Shown here piece by piece: positions 26,430 through 37,900 of a stretch of 64,000 nucleotides of DNA. The notes below the pieces were generated by a model. That model saw only the letters and a program-made list of their open reading frames with translations. It did not search any database and was not told where the DNA came from. The stretch spans positions 9,796,001-9,860,000 of the forward strand of contig JAQFVV010000008.1 in assembly GCA_028023455.1 (NCBI GenBank), in the 5' to 3' direction. A program made the position numbers and the translations under genes. The DNA comes from Epiperipatus broadwayi (lineage: Eukaryota; Animalia; Onychophora). Position 1 is the first letter of the stretch; each line of letters begins with the position of its first letter.

Positions 26430-26810
26430 GTTGGGGGGGGGGGGTTTCTGACATGTTTTAATTGCTTTTTCTAGCTAAGCATTTATCACAAAGCTTGTTG
26501 AGAAATTGGCAATCCTCATTGTTTATAACTTACAAGCTTAAGAGAATAAGGTCATGCGATCTATGACTCTTATTTTGACTATTTATACTCTCTGCCTTAA
26601 GTCTTATGCAATGTTATATTGCTAAGACTCCTAACATGTGGTACGGCTGAAGATCTCTCAGCCCCATATAGCTATTTGAGTTGGATAGCTGAGTTTGAAG
26701 ACATGTAGGTGTCTGAAAATTTCAGATTTTCCACCCAATAGATAACTTTTAGTTAAATGCTGGCTTTGGGTTGGTGTTTTTAGATCTAGTGTCTGAACCT
26801 ACCCTAGCAC

Positions 26811-26847
26811 CTCTCAGGAGTGCCAGAGCACGAAACCATGGTCAGAG
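26811..26847 (+). ncRNA. Hammerhead ribozyme copy B4 (2-nt deletion in CUGAGGA, probably inactive)
   Basis: CTCT C--AGGA GTGC-CAGA-GCAC GAAA CCATG GTC AGAG. Confidence 0.7.
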
Positions 26848-28312
26848 GTTTGGGGGGGGGGGGTCCTGACAGATATTTTAAATGCTTTCTCTAGCTAAGC
26901 ATTTATCACAAAACTTGTTGAAATTGGCAATCCTCATTGTTTATAACGTACAACCTTAAAAAAAAATAGGGTCATGTGATTTATGACTCTTATTTTGACT
27001 ATTTAAAGTATTTTCTGTGTTTTGATTATTTCACTTATACATCTTTGAACCATATTCCTAGGAGGAATAGAATTTATTATATCACATGATGATTTATATA
27101 GAATTACCAATTAATACAAAAATTGTAGGTAAAAATAAATATTTGTCAATTGTGTGGGTTTTCTCTTTTCTCAATTAAAAATGAGATATTATTGTAAGCC
27201 CATAAATCATCATTATTTTATTGCAAAGATATTTAAAAACATTTGTTAATGTTAGTCAATGTTCAAATATGCAATGAAGTTTTTAAAGGAAAGTAAGACA
27301 AATTGTTAATTAAGTTATTTGGATGAGCCTTTTTTTTAAAATATTCTATCCAGTAAAAAGAAGTTTTCATGGCCTTATTAGAAAATGATTTTTCAAAATA
27401 AGAAATATTAATTATTTTTTTTAATGACTATATAAAAAAAACTATATTTCAAATATTTTACATAATACTATCTATATTTTTTTTTGACTTTTGTAAATTT
27501 ATTATCTTCTTTAAAATAAAAAATAAAAAACAATAAATAAGTTTATTACTGAGTTACTTAATAATAAATATATAATGAAAATTAATATTACTGAAATATT
27601 AGACTTTTATCACAAAGAAAATGTAAGAAATTAATGATGCATCTCAGAATGCAACATTTGAAAATAATAAACATAAATAAATATTTTTAACCAGATATAA
27701 AATAGTATTTAGTAATATTAAAATAAAATTAATCTAATTTCGGGATTAACATGAGTCTGATCTGCTTATGATGACATATTTAATCATTCTTACTGAAACA
27801 ACAGTTTTTCAGTGTGAATATAGCAACCCACTCAAACATGTGCATTGTACAAATCTACAACAAAATTGTCATATTGTGTTTAGAAAATTCACTGTAATTC
27901 ATTTGCTAAAGATTTTGCAGTTCAAGGCCCATAGATTTTTCAGCATAGCTCAGTCACTTTTGGTGCTTGAACTTATTGATTCTTGAAAAATAAACTTATT
28001 ATTTTGTATATATTTATAACAATATAACTATATATAACTTGAAATATTTAAATAATAAAGCTAATGCTCAAGGCTAGATTGTTTTATAAATGTTAAAAGG
28101 TTGCATTAACAACAGATTGAGATTGGTTAAAGTGCTGACTGTCTTCAGTGAACTTGAATTATGCATAATTATGTATTTATTAAAAATGCTGTTCTGCAAT
28201 CCCATTAATCTAGTGATCTCTGTCACCCTTTTGAAGTTTAATGCCCTTTTGAATGCCTCAAACATTTCATTAAAGGGGATATTGGCAGCATGTAGAAAAT
28301 CATTGACTTAAT

Positions 28313-28480
28313 GTATTCATTGTTTTGAGATGTACATTAAAAATTAAGAAATCAACTCCTTTACCACGTTCTAAAGAACAGTATTTGCTTTAAAGCGTAT
28401 TCATTGTTTTGAGATGTACATTAAAAATTAAGAAATCAACTCCTTTACCAAGTTCTAAAGAACAATATTTGCTTTAAAGC
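28313..28480. repeat. Tandem duplication, 2 x 84 bp
   Basis: 28313-28396 and 28397-28480, two mismatches seen. Confidence 0.95.
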
Positions 28481-30390
28481 TTTCATACAGTCCAATAGTG
28501 TATGAAATATATTTTTCTATAAAAGTATTTTTTTGAATAGGAAAAAATAAAAATCCTTTTAAATGCATATATATGACACACATTCATATATACTTTTAGA
28601 TGTATAGATACCTGTATTTGGATTAAATTTTTAATGCAATGATGACAAAAATAAAGCCCATAATTTCATTCTCCTTATCTCCATTATCATCATCATATTT
28701 TTTAGATGTGATTAAAACTATTTAAGATCAGTCTATTGCCAACAAGGGATGTAAGAGAATAAAAAAGATGGGCTCTCTTAATTTTTTTTTTAGTATTAAA
28801 AAATTTAAATAAATGCAAACTATCATAATCAAATAACTATTAAAGTTTGTGAAACATGATTTCTCCATAATCTTATAAGACAATTTTCAAAATAGAAATA
28901 AAACAAGCATAAATACTAAATCTTCTAAAGATACTTTACATCCAGACAAGAAAAATAAATCTACATCTACATTAGCTCTAATATTAACTAATTCTAGAAT
29001 GCAAAAGATCTCATGTAATAGATTATCTTAAAGCAATATGAAATTATAATGTATTTTATGATGAAAAATGGCTGGGAAGCAATTTTAAAGAGAATAAATT
29101 CAGTATTTGTGCATTTGTATTTTTCTTTACTGTTAGTGAGACCTTTGCCCTTCAGTGAGCTGTTTTAAAGGCTGTTTAATTTTTTTCTATTACAATATAT
29201 TTTACAAATTACTATAATATGTATAAAATCTCTTTTAATTTTAAAAGAACTATGCAGGACTTAAGATTATAAATATTTTTAAAATATTTGCAAAAGAAGT
29301 ATAACTTAAGTAAAGGTATGTATATGTTGTACACGCGCATTTGCATAATTACAATAAAATCAATACTCCTGGAGAATAGAATATAAAGTAGCAAAAAAAA
29401 ATTGCATTTATAAATTATTTAATATTGAACGAAAAAATATATGCAGATCTCATTGCTTCATCATTAAAAATTGTATAGCCACTGATCTAAACTGGTTAAC
29501 ATCACAACGAACCAAGGAATCCAAAATGATTGCCTTCATTAAAATCATTAAATTACAAAGTTCTTAAATATATATAAAAAAAGCATTTATATTAAGTTAT
29601 AATAAAACAATTGAAAATCATACATATTAAAAATGCTTAGCAGTCCGTTCAATCATCTGCAAACTGGATAGTACAATCCTAAATATACTGATCTATTGAA
29701 CAACTACAATATTTGTGTTAAAATACATAAATTGCATGTACATTATTACACATAATTACTCTTGAAATACCCATATCAAAAATGTACCATTCTGACTTAT
29801 TAAAAATTTTTCAGTTAAAGAGAAACAGATCATCCCTTCGCCCTAAACATACACACATACATGTATATATAGTATGCGATTACGAAAATTCGCGAAAGCG
29901 TATAAACAATGGGACAAAATAATCATATTATTATAAAAAAAAAAGTTAATTAAGTTCAGAATGATAAACTTCTAATTATAATGATACTAGGTTAATTATT
30001 GGAGAATATAAAATACCAATTGAATTTTTACAAATTTCAAGAATTGTGTTTACCACGCAATATAAAAATATAAGTAGTTAAACTGAATTAAATCTATATA
30101 CACAATATATAGAAAAGTTAATTTAGCTATCATATAAACAAGTATTTGCAAAAAAATAGTTTTCGAATTAAAATTTACATATCTAACACATTAAAAATAA
30201 ATAATTATACCAACTTATATTTTAAAAATCGTCAAACTATACGTATAATTTTTAATTTTCTTCAATTATTAAACATTAATCTTTGATAATTTACTTTAAA
30301 GATGGTGCAAATTAAAAACCTTTAGAATGTTTAAATAATATGCTTACAAGAAAATATAATTATAAAAAATAATGCAGTAATGTATTTTAC

Positions 30391-30718
30391 CTTGAAAATT
30401 ACGAAACTGTGTTAAACCCACGTCTCTCAAATCAAAAGGAGATGTTCTATGTTGTTCAGATATGGGACTAAGCCCTGGACTAACGTTTAATATAGGTGGA
30501 GTTCGAGTACTGAATAAATGCCCTTGCGAATCCTGAATAGCAGAAGGAGAAATTGGATGCTCCTGTACACAACTTAAAGGATCCGTAAACACATTTCCCC
30601 CAGCAGTAACTAACGTTGGTGATATTTGACCATTATGGTGCAACGTAGGTTTTGGCAAAATTGTCCGATATCGTGGGCCCTGTGGCTCTCGTTGAACCGA
30701 CGAAGTGGCAATGGGCAT
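30391..30718 (-). CDS. First coding exon of an unidentified Pro/Ser-rich protein (MPIATSSVQREPQGPRYRTILPKP...RNFQ|G)
   Basis: Open, GC/CpG-richer frame of 109 codons. A good acceptor (TTTTATTTCTTTTACATAG, AG at 30732-30731) lies 12 nt before the ATG, and a donor (CAAG|GTAAAA) is at 30391/30390, phase 1. A second acceptor lies at 30808-30807. No downstream exon was identified in the window. Confidence 0.7.
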
Positions 30719-31378
30719 GACTGAACGGTTCTATGTAAAAGAAATAAAACTTGTACAAGTCCACACTCTGCACTATATCCACACAGGCGATTTAAGTGAC
30801 CTTCAACTATAAAAAACAAAACAGATTATAACAAACTTTTTGTATACTACTGTACAAAATTATAAATAATTAATATAGATGGATATGCGCATTAAAGGTA
30901 CAATAAATGTTTATCTAATTCTACAACAACAACAATAAAAAAAACGTAATTAACTATAATTTAAAAAATCCTAAATTCAGAAAATAACGTTATTTTACTA
31001 TATTGTTTCAAACTAGGCTTACACAAAATTTGATTCGTTAACAGAAATAAGATTCAAGTCACAAACACCCCCGAGTTAAAATGCGTTACTGAAATTCTAT
31101 TTGTGTTAAAAGTATTAAAATTAATATTTAGATCACATAAGCTTGGACAGATCGTTTCTGACTTCCAAAAGTTAATAAAAATCCTAAGAGACTAACTTCA
31201 AACTTCTCGACGATTACATAGATCTTAGGAAAATAATGTAGCTTTTCTATAAACCAGAACATGCATACCGAGTGCATGAAAAATGTGACCTTCTTTATCC
31301 GCACCACCAATTTCCAAGAGAAAAAAAATCAAATTTAACATCTAACAAATAATATTTATATTCAGTAATACAGCTTAC

Positions 31379-31560
31379 CTTGAAGAAAACATTATTATAA
31401 TTCAGACTACATATGAAAATTAAAAATGTGCAAGTTTCCCAATAAATGTTGATGTCTAGTCTAACTTGGAAAAAGAACCACTCTACTGAGAACTTCCCAT
31501 TGCGGATCTCCCCGCCTTCAATATGTCATTTCCCCCTCTGACACAATCTTTCCGAAAACT
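31379..31560 (-). other. Probable 5'-UTR first exon of the minus-strand gene
   Basis: Strong donor CAAG|GTAAGC at 31379/31378. The upstream sequence is CpG-containing and GC-richer. The 5' boundary is approximate. Confidence 0.55.
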
Positions 31561-31850
31561 TCCATATATGACTTAAATTTATTGATATATTCGGAAAAAC
31601 AAATTTTTAATATTGTCTTATAATTTTAGTTAAATAAATAAATTATTGCTTTTTGGATTATATTAATGGCAAACATTTTAATAATAAATAAAAAAAATAA
31701 ATTTTCAATGGAATGAAATCATCATGAGCTTTTTTTCGAAATATAGTTGGAAAACATAATTACGAATTCTCATTGGTTAATTTTAAACATGTGTTAAACT
31801 ACGACTTCTTTAAAATTTTCCGAACGCTTTGTTGTTAGATGTATTATTTA
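31560..31850. promoter_or_regulatory. Putative bidirectional promoter between the minus-strand gene and PNRC
   Basis: Short interval between two divergent transcription units, with local CpG retention in a CpG-poor background and an ATTGG (reverse CCAAT) box near 31773. TSSs are not determined. Confidence 0.45.
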
Positions 31851-32329
31851 GTGCAAGGTATCATATATTTGCGTCGTTATTTGGATTGTCTTTCTCCGTT
31901 TTTAGATACGTAAATTCAATGAAAAATTTATAGTCTTTTTGTGCAGTATTTGACTGTTAATGAGTGAAAGAATATTTTCCTGCAAAGAACGTGTTGTTGG
32001 GGGAAAAGGTAATCAATAGTTGGCAGTTAATGATTGCTCCGCCATTATAAATTGTTATTTGAAACTACTAAAAAACGTCTAGAAACTGTTTTTATAAACT
32101 TGACCCTCTATTAACCAAATCGAAATCTGTTTTATAGATTTCTCTAGGGATTTAATAACAGGGTATATATTTCAAATGCCCACTTTAATTTATATATGGA
32201 GTGATTCTAGTTTTTTTTCTTGTATTAACGAACAAAGAACTTTTCATTTCTGAAGGTTGTCTACGTAGCTGCCGGAACAAACGGAGAATATTTTATGCTT
32301 AAACGAGCTTCTTATATCTTACATAAACA

Positions 32330-32704
32330 ATGACTGCAGGTCAGGAAGAAAGAAAAGCAGCTCGTAACCAAAGGGACCCAAATACCAGTATTACTCCTAG
32401 AAAGATGCAAACATTTTTTAATGACCGAGGCTCACCAAAATCGCCAACCAACGGTGGACGAGTTTATAACAGCTATCAAGGTTCGCCAAAGATGAGGACA
32501 TATCTATCTCCGTCCAAGTCGCCATTGCTCAAAACCGCAGTCGCCAATGCTTATGCTGGTGCTAGGTTTAGCGAGCCTCCGTCCCCGCATGTGCTTCCCA
32601 AACCACCATCTCATTGGATGGTACCTAATATTTTGGAGCCCAGCGACAACAAATGCAGCCAAATGTCGCATCAATTAAAACTCATGCTTAAAATGCAGGC
32701 GTGA
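32330..32704 (+). CDS. PNRC2: Proline-rich nuclear receptor coactivator (PNRC1/PNRC2-like; decapping/NMD adaptor), 124 aa
   Basis: The ORF contains [22 protein letters not shown], matching the PNRC signature [22 protein letters not shown]. It ends in [10 protein letters not shown], the PNRC C-terminal NR-box-like motif (QLKTLLKVQ). The ATG has A at -3 and is followed by a long AU-rich 3' region. Invertebrate copy, so paralog assignment (1 vs 2) is not meaningful. Confidence 0.95.
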   Translation: [124 protein letters not shown]

Positions 32705-34777
32705 TCACAAGTGTTAGCTTTTAGAAAAATATGAACTGATTTTAAATCAGTTTTTTAATATATATAAATTATGCCCGTGAGAAAGTTTATTCTCAGGGAT
32801 ATTAGGATCAATTTGTTTTTTAATTTTATTTTTTTTTTATTGCAAAATATACGAAGTGCGCAAGTTCCTCTTTTTTTTTTTTTTTAAAGTGATATAATGG
32901 TAAGATAATCTGCTACGTCACTAAGATTTTTTCTTTTGCAAATTTTTTTCCCTCGCGATTAATGGTCCAAAAACGGTTAATGTACATTTGTGTATATTTG
33001 TATAAATTTGTAAATCATGATCGCTTCATACCTCTCCTACCCCTATCTTTGTAAATGTATTTCATTCTCAGCCCTTTCCCATTTTTGCCGAGCAATAATT
33101 GCAATGTAATGTAGATTCAGATTTTTTTTTCTAATTTTGTAAATTTATTTCTAAGCACTAGTCCATTCGCTTAGCCCTTTTTTTTTTTAACTTTTGTTTT
33201 GCTTTGAAAGCATATAAATATTGAATTAATATTTTTCAATTCATAAGTAATAATTTATCTTTGAAAAAAAAAAATATACAAATTTTCCCCCCGTTGAAAC
33301 TGAATGCGATTCTTGATGGCTAAAATTTTGTACAGAATCTAGTTCTTTTTTATCCTGTACATATTTTTTTTTTTTTTGTATATATCTAATCACCTTTATT
33401 CTTGTTAATTGTAGGGTATTTTGTATGAAAATTTTTAAGATAAAAAAAAAGCATTAAAAAAAATATATCGAATATTTTTCAAATGTCCCTTTACCCTCAA
33501 TTTGTAATCTTTTTTAAAAAATGTATTACAATTATACAAAATGCTGTGTATATTTTAACTTTTCCAAATAAGGACTTCCATAATTGAACGGGTTTATCTT
33601 TTTTGTTTGTTTTTTTTTTTTTAAAAAAATCTTTATTTCTCCCTACTTTTAAAATATTATTTTAGACTGGTGATGACAATTTTAGCTAGTGGACCAAGTA
33701 ATATTAAATGTTCATGAGTGTTTTGTGCCTTTCCGAAATCGTTGGAAGTCTTCGTTTGCTGTTAAATTTATTTTTTAAAATGATAAGAATAGGCATTTGG
33801 CTTGCATTGAGTTGTGATTACTTTATCCTAGCCATTGGAATTTTATATAAGGATGTTAATTTTGGCTCACCTACGCACAAATTAGCTGGAATGGAAGGAC
33901 CAGGAATGATGAATTGAACTTTTTTTTTCTAAAGAAGGAAACATTGTCATCATCTGTTTTTATAAGCTCTACAATTATCAGTCAAAGGACTTAATAATTC
34001 ATACCAAGCCATCAAGATTTGCTTACCAGTCGTCTTTCTCATTCTCCGATATCCAGTCTTCATTTTAATTTCTGCTTTGCCTTACTCCCCCTGTCCTTTT
34101 CCTGGGTCCTTTTTAGGACCCCCCAAATAATCTCAAAAGATTGGTCAATAGTCACACATCACTGCAGTTTTTTTTTTTAAAAAAGTACGAGTGTGGTATG
34201 ATTGAATTAAATTATATTTTTATTGGGAATTCAGTTTGTTAATTTTTAAAATGATTAAAAATACTTTGAGGTGCCTTTAGAAGATCGTATTGACAAAATA
34301 TGAGTATATTTTATAGCCCTTTTTTTTATTTTTTGGAAATGCAATTTAATAGAATAAAATTAATTTGCATTGAAAATAAATAAAAGTAATTTTTCAATTA
34401 AGTTTTAATGAAGTGTCTTATAATAAATGTAATTACTTGAGTGTCAATCATAATTTTGAGTTAAGTAAGAATGAACTTATTTAAATCATTAGATTTCAAT
34501 AATGTATATATAAATTCACAATGCTAATTTATAGTAGTAAATGTGTTCACAAGTATTATATTGCATTAATATTGGGGGGGGGGGGGGATTTTGATTTAAG
34601 GAATCCATTGGACATTTTAATCAAACAATAAAAGAAAATCCACAGTAACAATAACTATACTTTTTATTATAAAGAAAAATTAGTTATTCATATATGTTTA
34701 ACCACTGACTCAATCTGTAAGTATCTATATAGATATGATATATTTATTTAGCTTAATATTTTTGGCTTTGTTTAATC

Positions 34778-34921
34778 CAATGGCTCTAGACCTTTCTAAT
34801 TCCCTTTAATACAGTTCCTTATGTTGTGACCCCACCCTTAAAATTAATTTTGTTACTTCATAAATATTTTCCAATGGTCTTAGGGGCCCCTTGTGAAAGA
34901 GTTTTGGCAACAGAACCACTG
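34778..34921. mobile_element. 144-bp hAT MITE with perfect 8-bp TSD, URR1-like
   Basis: TIRs CAATGGCTCT.../...AGAACCACTG. The TSD GTTTAATC is at 34770-34777 and 34922-34929. Internal blocks CCCTTTAATACAGTTCCTTATGTTGTGACCCC and TTTTCCAATGGTCTTAGG match my recollection of URR1. Confidence 0.85.
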
Positions 34922-37900
34922 GTTTAATCCTTTATTAAATGACTTTTTTAATATGCTTTTTTTTTTACAGATTATTTTCCTTCCAGCAGAAATGTGTTTC
35001 TTCCAGATGTTTTCATGGAATCTATTCAGTAATATTATGACAACTATATAATATTAGTTTACAATTAATTATAACCATTCACTTTTTCAGAATTTTAAAG
35101 CATTTAAATGTGTATGATACTATATGTTTTAATTCAGTATAAAATCATTTTTTATAACAGGTATAAACAGGAAATATTGTACTCCAAGTAACTTAAAGCT
35201 ATATTATTGGTAAAGTCTTTATCATCATCATTAATTTGCACATTAATCATATTCGAGTTTTTATTAACTTGCCTCTTCATACAATCTGACTTTTTTTTCT
35301 TTAAAAAAAAAAACAAACTTCTTATTGTGTAGGTAAACAATCTTTTTCATTTAATATATCAACTGTTAATATAGTTACTTAAGTGATGCATATTTACTTT
35401 TTGGAGAAACAAAGGACTAATGAAAACTGCTGTTTTAAATATCAAATATTTTAAATTATACCTTTATTGTTATTAGAATTAGCTATGTGATTATATACAA
35501 GGATGTAACATTTTGTTTATGTGTACATTTTTCTTTTATTAATTTACACTTCTGTTTATTACATAGAATGACAGACTGTTAAGCTAATTGCGCAGACGCT
35601 GTGAGAATGTTATTAATAAATGAATACCTTCGAACAACCACATGATATAGTATTTTGTATAAGAGTAAAAAGGAATCCCTGTTTATTGAAAACTTGGCCT
35701 TTTTTTAAATTGGTACAAAAAACATTTTTATATATAGGAAAAAATAATTTGGCTTTGTACTAAATCAAGAAGAATTATTTTAAATATTTGTTACTTTTTT
35801 ATTATTTGTTGTTATTGCTGTATAAATAATAAAAATTTAATGATTTAAATTAACATCAAGTTTAATTTATTTAACATTAATTATTATTATCCATGGTCTT
35901 TAGCACTGATTTCCAAAGAAACAATAGCAGATATAAGATATCTGACAATTTCAAGTAATTGTTTTTGATTTTTTTTTCATCTCTAGTTTACATTAACATT
36001 TATTTAGTTTTTTTTTATAGACATGTTGACTATTAACAAAATATTAAGAAACCTTTAGATTCCAACCAAAAGATCAATTCAGTAATAGCTTTACTAAGAC
36101 TTTTAGTTTCGACAGTTATTAACTGTTTATGGTTTATATTTGTCATCACCTACATAGATCAATAGCTATAAAGTTTCATTTATGATTCAAATGAGCACAA
36201 TGACTGTGAGTTGCTCTGAATATATTGATGAGATTCCAATTACATCTAGAAAGTCAAATTCAATTGGCTTTATTATTGAATTTAGAAAAATAAATTTGCC
36301 TGAAATCTTATAAGAATTCTTTTTATTAATTATAGATTCTTGGTTGAACATTCAAAAAGTGGGATCTTAATTTGAGTCAAGTATTAGATAATGAAACTAT
36401 AACATGAGTTTTTGGCAAGTGATTTACTTACGCATTTTCTGGGATGTCATTTTAAAGGAATAGACCTATGTATTAGTGCCATGAAAGGTGCCTGTAAAGT
36501 ACTTAGATCATGACCTCAAATTATCCAATCAACTTTCCAAGGTTGTTACTCCAGAAATCAATTTTGTTGTAACCTTAGGTAAATGAGAAAAGTTAGACTA
36601 TGATTCAAGACTACTTCTAAATAACCTGAATTGAAATTATGTTTCAGTCTATTATTGCAAAAAAAGGTTATATTAGATTATGAAATGTTAGTCAGATAAA
36701 AGGTGGAACGTATTGGTTTTATTGGGTATTTCCAAATTTTTCATATTCTTATTAAGAGACTTTTCCATTTATAGAAAGATTTCTTTTGTGAAGTTAAAGC
36801 TATGTCATCCAAATTTTCTGCATTCTGTTTTTGAAAGACTCCTGATTAATGTATTAAATAAATTTGATGAGAAAAGTGAACTTAATGTCATTTGAATTTT
36901 TCTGTTGAGACCATTTTGTTAAATTAATAGTTTTACTGCATTTAAAAATTTTAAATGATAATTTTTCAAGCACACTCCTAAGTTGAGGTTACATGAATAA
37001 AAGTAGCGCAGTGTTTAATTTATTTTGAAAGCCTTTTTTTGGTCTGTCCTCTTATATTTAGGTGTCTCAACTATTGGCAAAACTTTTAATATGCTTTCAT
37101 AAAGCATAATAGGGAGTACATAATAGTGATATTCCAATGATAATTTTTTGGATTATTACTGGATTTATTTGATTTTATAACTGCTGTGTTGTTGCTTTTA
37201 CACCAAATTTTTGGATTAATTTTATATACGAATAATGTTAATGAATTGTTTTGCTAAACATGCTTTAGCTTTGGGTCCTAAATTTTTTAAAAACTAGAAT
37301 ATCTGCTACTAGATTCTTGTCTCATTTAAGATAGTCCTGCCAAGTTTACTAACAGTGGGTTTTATATTGGAGAAATATTGTGAAAGAGAAACTTGTAATT
37401 CTACTCTAATCATACTTTTTCTCCTATCAATCTTGAATTTAGAAGTTGATAATTTATATTGGCAATTTCACTAGGAATGACACTGATCTTTAGAAGTATT
37501 TATACCCAACAAACTTACACAAAAGTGAGTAGACTTTATGATTAGCTTTTGTAAAGTTTTGATTCTCTATATTTCCTCTCTGGAATTGACAGCAATTTCC
37601 AGGTTTTTATAGATCAAAATTAGCTATAAAAAACTACTAGTTTTGTTCTACTCTAGAATGAATTGCTTTCAATATTCATGTAGAATAGATTTATTGTCAG
37701 CTATAGTCGAGTTTGTTAATTCTATCATAACAAAAAGGAACTTGAGATTTTATTAATATTCTGTTCAAGATATCCAATATGCTGACTCATTATCTTTCCT
37801 TAAATTCTATCTCTGAACAACATAACTTTCAATTATAAGACTGGTTAGACTTGGTTTAAATTGACTATGGAGGAAATGATCCATTATGAGTAGTTCAGCA

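Larger units (their letters stand above)
25680..27006. mobile_element. Retrozyme-like insertion B: ~1.3 monomers joined to ~1.85 inverted monomers (416-420 bp), with 12-bp TSD
   Basis: B1 25686-26101, partial B2 26102-26230, inverted B3 26231-26650 and inverted partial B4 26651-27002. The flanking direct repeat AGTATTTTCTGT is at 25668-25679 and 27007-27018. Copies are visibly diverged from each other. Confidence 0.85.

Noticed and set aside
6125-27018. Palindromes as whole-genome-amplification or assembly chimeras
   Set aside because: Most arms are diverged from each other, and each structure is bounded by a TSD-like direct repeat, which chimeras would not create. Only array A is near-identical enough to still need long-read confirmation.
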